A stretch of 63,963 bases of DNA, counting the filler, from Atractiella rhizophila (taxonomy: Eukaryota): NCBI GenBank assembly GCA_021432655.1. It is 4 parts of 4 records of this genome, joined end to end, with 100 filler letters (N's around TTAATTAATTAA, not from the genome) between each part and the next. Parts side by side here need not be neighbours in the genome. Positions count along the whole stretch, not along the records: positions 61,723 to 63,963 come from MU271930.1; 3 more parts are not named here. The stretch is one strand, 5' to 3'. Shown here in pieces: positions 61,723-63,963 of this stretch. Position numbers and translations under genes: made by a program. The notes beneath the pieces are model-generated. The model saw only the letters and a program-made list of their open reading frames with translations, was not told the origin of the DNA and did no database searches. Within the stretch, counting starts at the first letter, position 1. Every line of letters starts with the position of its first letter.

Positions 61723-63142
61723 TATCCTCCGATGTGTTCTTTCCTCTGATAGAACTCTCACTTCGTCCCACATCGTTCTTATTCTCGCCAATGACTATTC
61801 TTACCGTTTCCCTTCGCCTTTCGTATTTACTTCGCATTCTCTTCTTAGCTTTTATAACGGTCGCGGCATCAATATGGACCTTGTCATGTATCTTAGCGAT
61901 GTAGCAAACGTAGTTTATTTTGTAAAGCAATCGTGTTGACGATCTTACCTTGATGAGCAATATGGCGTCTTGTTGACATTGAGCACACGAGCTGCGATCT
62001 CATTCTGCATGTCGATCTCGCACACCCTTGCACCCAATGGACACATCATTGCAGTGAGCTCGCGCAAAACTGCAATACATCCCCAGGCGGCTAACACATT
62101 GATGCGATGAGACGTTCCCATCCCGCTGACACTATACCTTACAAAGAAAATAAAAACATTCGAAATGAGTATTGTTTGAGAGTCCTCTTAACGGTCAGAG
62201 TCTCCCAACGTTACGCCAGCTCAGCGGTTGACGAGAAGGTGAAGCAAAGCACAGCACAGGCTGGGGCTTTGATATTAGCCCCAGTGGGTAAGCTCAGCTT
62301 GCAAGGATTTCTTGATTCCCCTCATACACAGCTAAAAGGAGCGTAGCATATCCCAATCCCACGATATGCATAGGTGTTTCACGCTGAAAGGACCGAACGA
62401 CAAATTATCACATTTTAGAGCAAGGACTGTTCATATGATGTTATAACTGCAGGCTCGTTCTATGGCAACTCATGTACTATGAAGAGCACTCCAAACCAAC
62501 CTTTTGACCTCAGTGCTTCAGACGAACCATCATGCTTGGAAGGATAAATTTCCTTCCTTCGCTATTCCCATCGCTACTCTCAACTTTATTAACTACCCTA
62601 ACTTATGTCTGGCAAGTTGGGCTGGCTTCCTAATGCTGCATTAATGGTGGGGAGGACAGATTGGTGGTTGTTGGTAGTTTGAAGAAGTTTATGTTCACCT
62701 AGCCACGTCACCACATCTAGCAAGATCACGCAGTGATAACAAAGAAGCATCATAGCGGGAAGTCAGGTTGGCACTGTAAGCATTGTTTTGAGATGCTTTG
62801 GCGGAACTGACTTCGAAATGTCAAGGCGAAACTTCGTACGATGCTGTTTCCGCTGCTGGCACTTCTGCCAGCTACTTCTGCTGCACCACCCATCAAAGCG
62901 AAGATTGAGTTGGGTAGCGAGTGGGTTGAACCCAGTTTCGCATTGAGGTTCATGTAAGTCAATTGATATGCTAGAAACAGTCTTGGGGTGGACTAGTGAG
63001 ACCTGGTTTTGACATGTGGAGATTGCAGTCAGCATCGCTGAACAGCACTTTGCTGTATTCTGGAGCTGAGGTGTCTAACATACGCTTTGTTCCTTATCCA
63101 AGAGTTGCTAATGAAGCCGTGCTGACGATGCTTCTCCTGCAG

Positions 63143-63963
63143 TGAAACGTTAGCCGTCACATCGCCGTCTTCCCTGTTTCCCTTCCTCTCCTCTCTACCT
63201 CCCTCTGCATCTCATCAAAGCGACAAAGCAACGTACTCGTCCTATCTTTCCGCTCTTGCCTCGAATCTTTCTGCGACAGAGCTCTCCTTTCTCAAGTTTT
63301 CTCTTTCACTGCAAGAAGCAACTCCACGAATCCAGGCTGCCTGGAGCTGGTACGATGATGCACTGCTAGCGGAGAAGAGCGAGCGCTGCGAAGGGGACAA
63401 TTGGGTGGATATTGGTGGCGCCGTTGCTTGTTCTGTCGAAGAATTGCGAAGTCTTTTGGGGGAGTCGGATAGGGGATACAAGTCTCTACCCTTCGACCAC
63501 GAGCTACGCAACCCACACTTCTCCAGGAACGAGAAAGAGCTACCAGCTGCAATTTTGTATGCTCGACCCGCGTCGTCCACGTTCCAGTCCTTTCATTCAT
63601 ACCTCTCGAATCTCGCAACTTCTACTGACCAACTCAAGGCCAAAGTAAAATACATCATCCGCTGGCGTCCTGAAGAGAAAAAAGGAGGAAAAGAAAAGCA
63701 CGGGTTAAGCAATTGGGGGGCAAGTTTGCATTTGAAGAAAAGCGACTATCTCGCCATTGACGATCGACAAGTTGAGGAAGGAGATGCCAGTACTCAACAA
63801 GAAAATGAAGACAGAGGAGGAAGGAAGATCAGAACAATGAAAACGCATGAGCTTTATGATGCTGGTCTGAGGACGACACAATACATCTTATCTGCTGAAG
63901 ATCCGCTGGAAGCACTGGAGACGATGTCACAGGACTTCCTTATCAACTTTCCTAATCTCCCAC
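63143..63963 (+). CDS. UGGT: UDP-glucose:glycoprotein glucosyltransferase (UGGT), N-terminal thioredoxin-like region; runs off the window, first exon unresolved
   Basis: Open frame absent from the ORF track (no stop within the window): 'SLQEATPRIQA', 'LPFDHEL', 'AILYA', 'YIIRWRP', 'LSNWGASLHLKKSDYLAIDDR', 'GLRTTQYILSAEDPL..MSQDF'. Confidence 0.88.

Overview
Eukaryotic genomic DNA with ~50-nt GT-AG introns and microexons, most consistent with a basidiomycete fungus (lineage is inferred). Three artificial 100-nt spacers (N44-TTAATTAATTAA-N44) split it into four contig pieces, so linkage across them is unproven. Piece 1 (1-20524) is a transposon island. It holds two decayed head-to-head hAT transposases, a ~141-bp inverted pair of hAT-like ends bracketing an intronless F-box/LRR-like gene, and an intact FunK1 (Pkinase_fungal) kinase. 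It also holds a 1.3-kb non-autonomous element with CATCAGCA TIRs and a 2-bp TSD, and a deleted CACTA/EnSpm (Tnp2) element with the same end. Piece 2 holds a paralogous F-box/LRR-like gene, an aldo-keto reductase, an Sfk1/Frag1-family gene, COQ6, a coiled-coil gene and a GH55 exo-beta-1,3-glucanase. Piece 3 holds a partial O-methyltransferase, a Zn2Cys6 factor, PRP40, RFT1, a tandemly duplicated mitochondrial IF3, an ankyrin-type asparaginase, MLH3 and a third F-box gene. Piece 4 holds the 5' part of UGGT. No definitive new system is proven. The best leads are the F-box/LRR + FunK1 pair embedded among transposon ends, the F-box family with an unrecognised N-terminal domain, the CATCAGCA element family, the mosaic IF3 duplication and several oversized structured introns.
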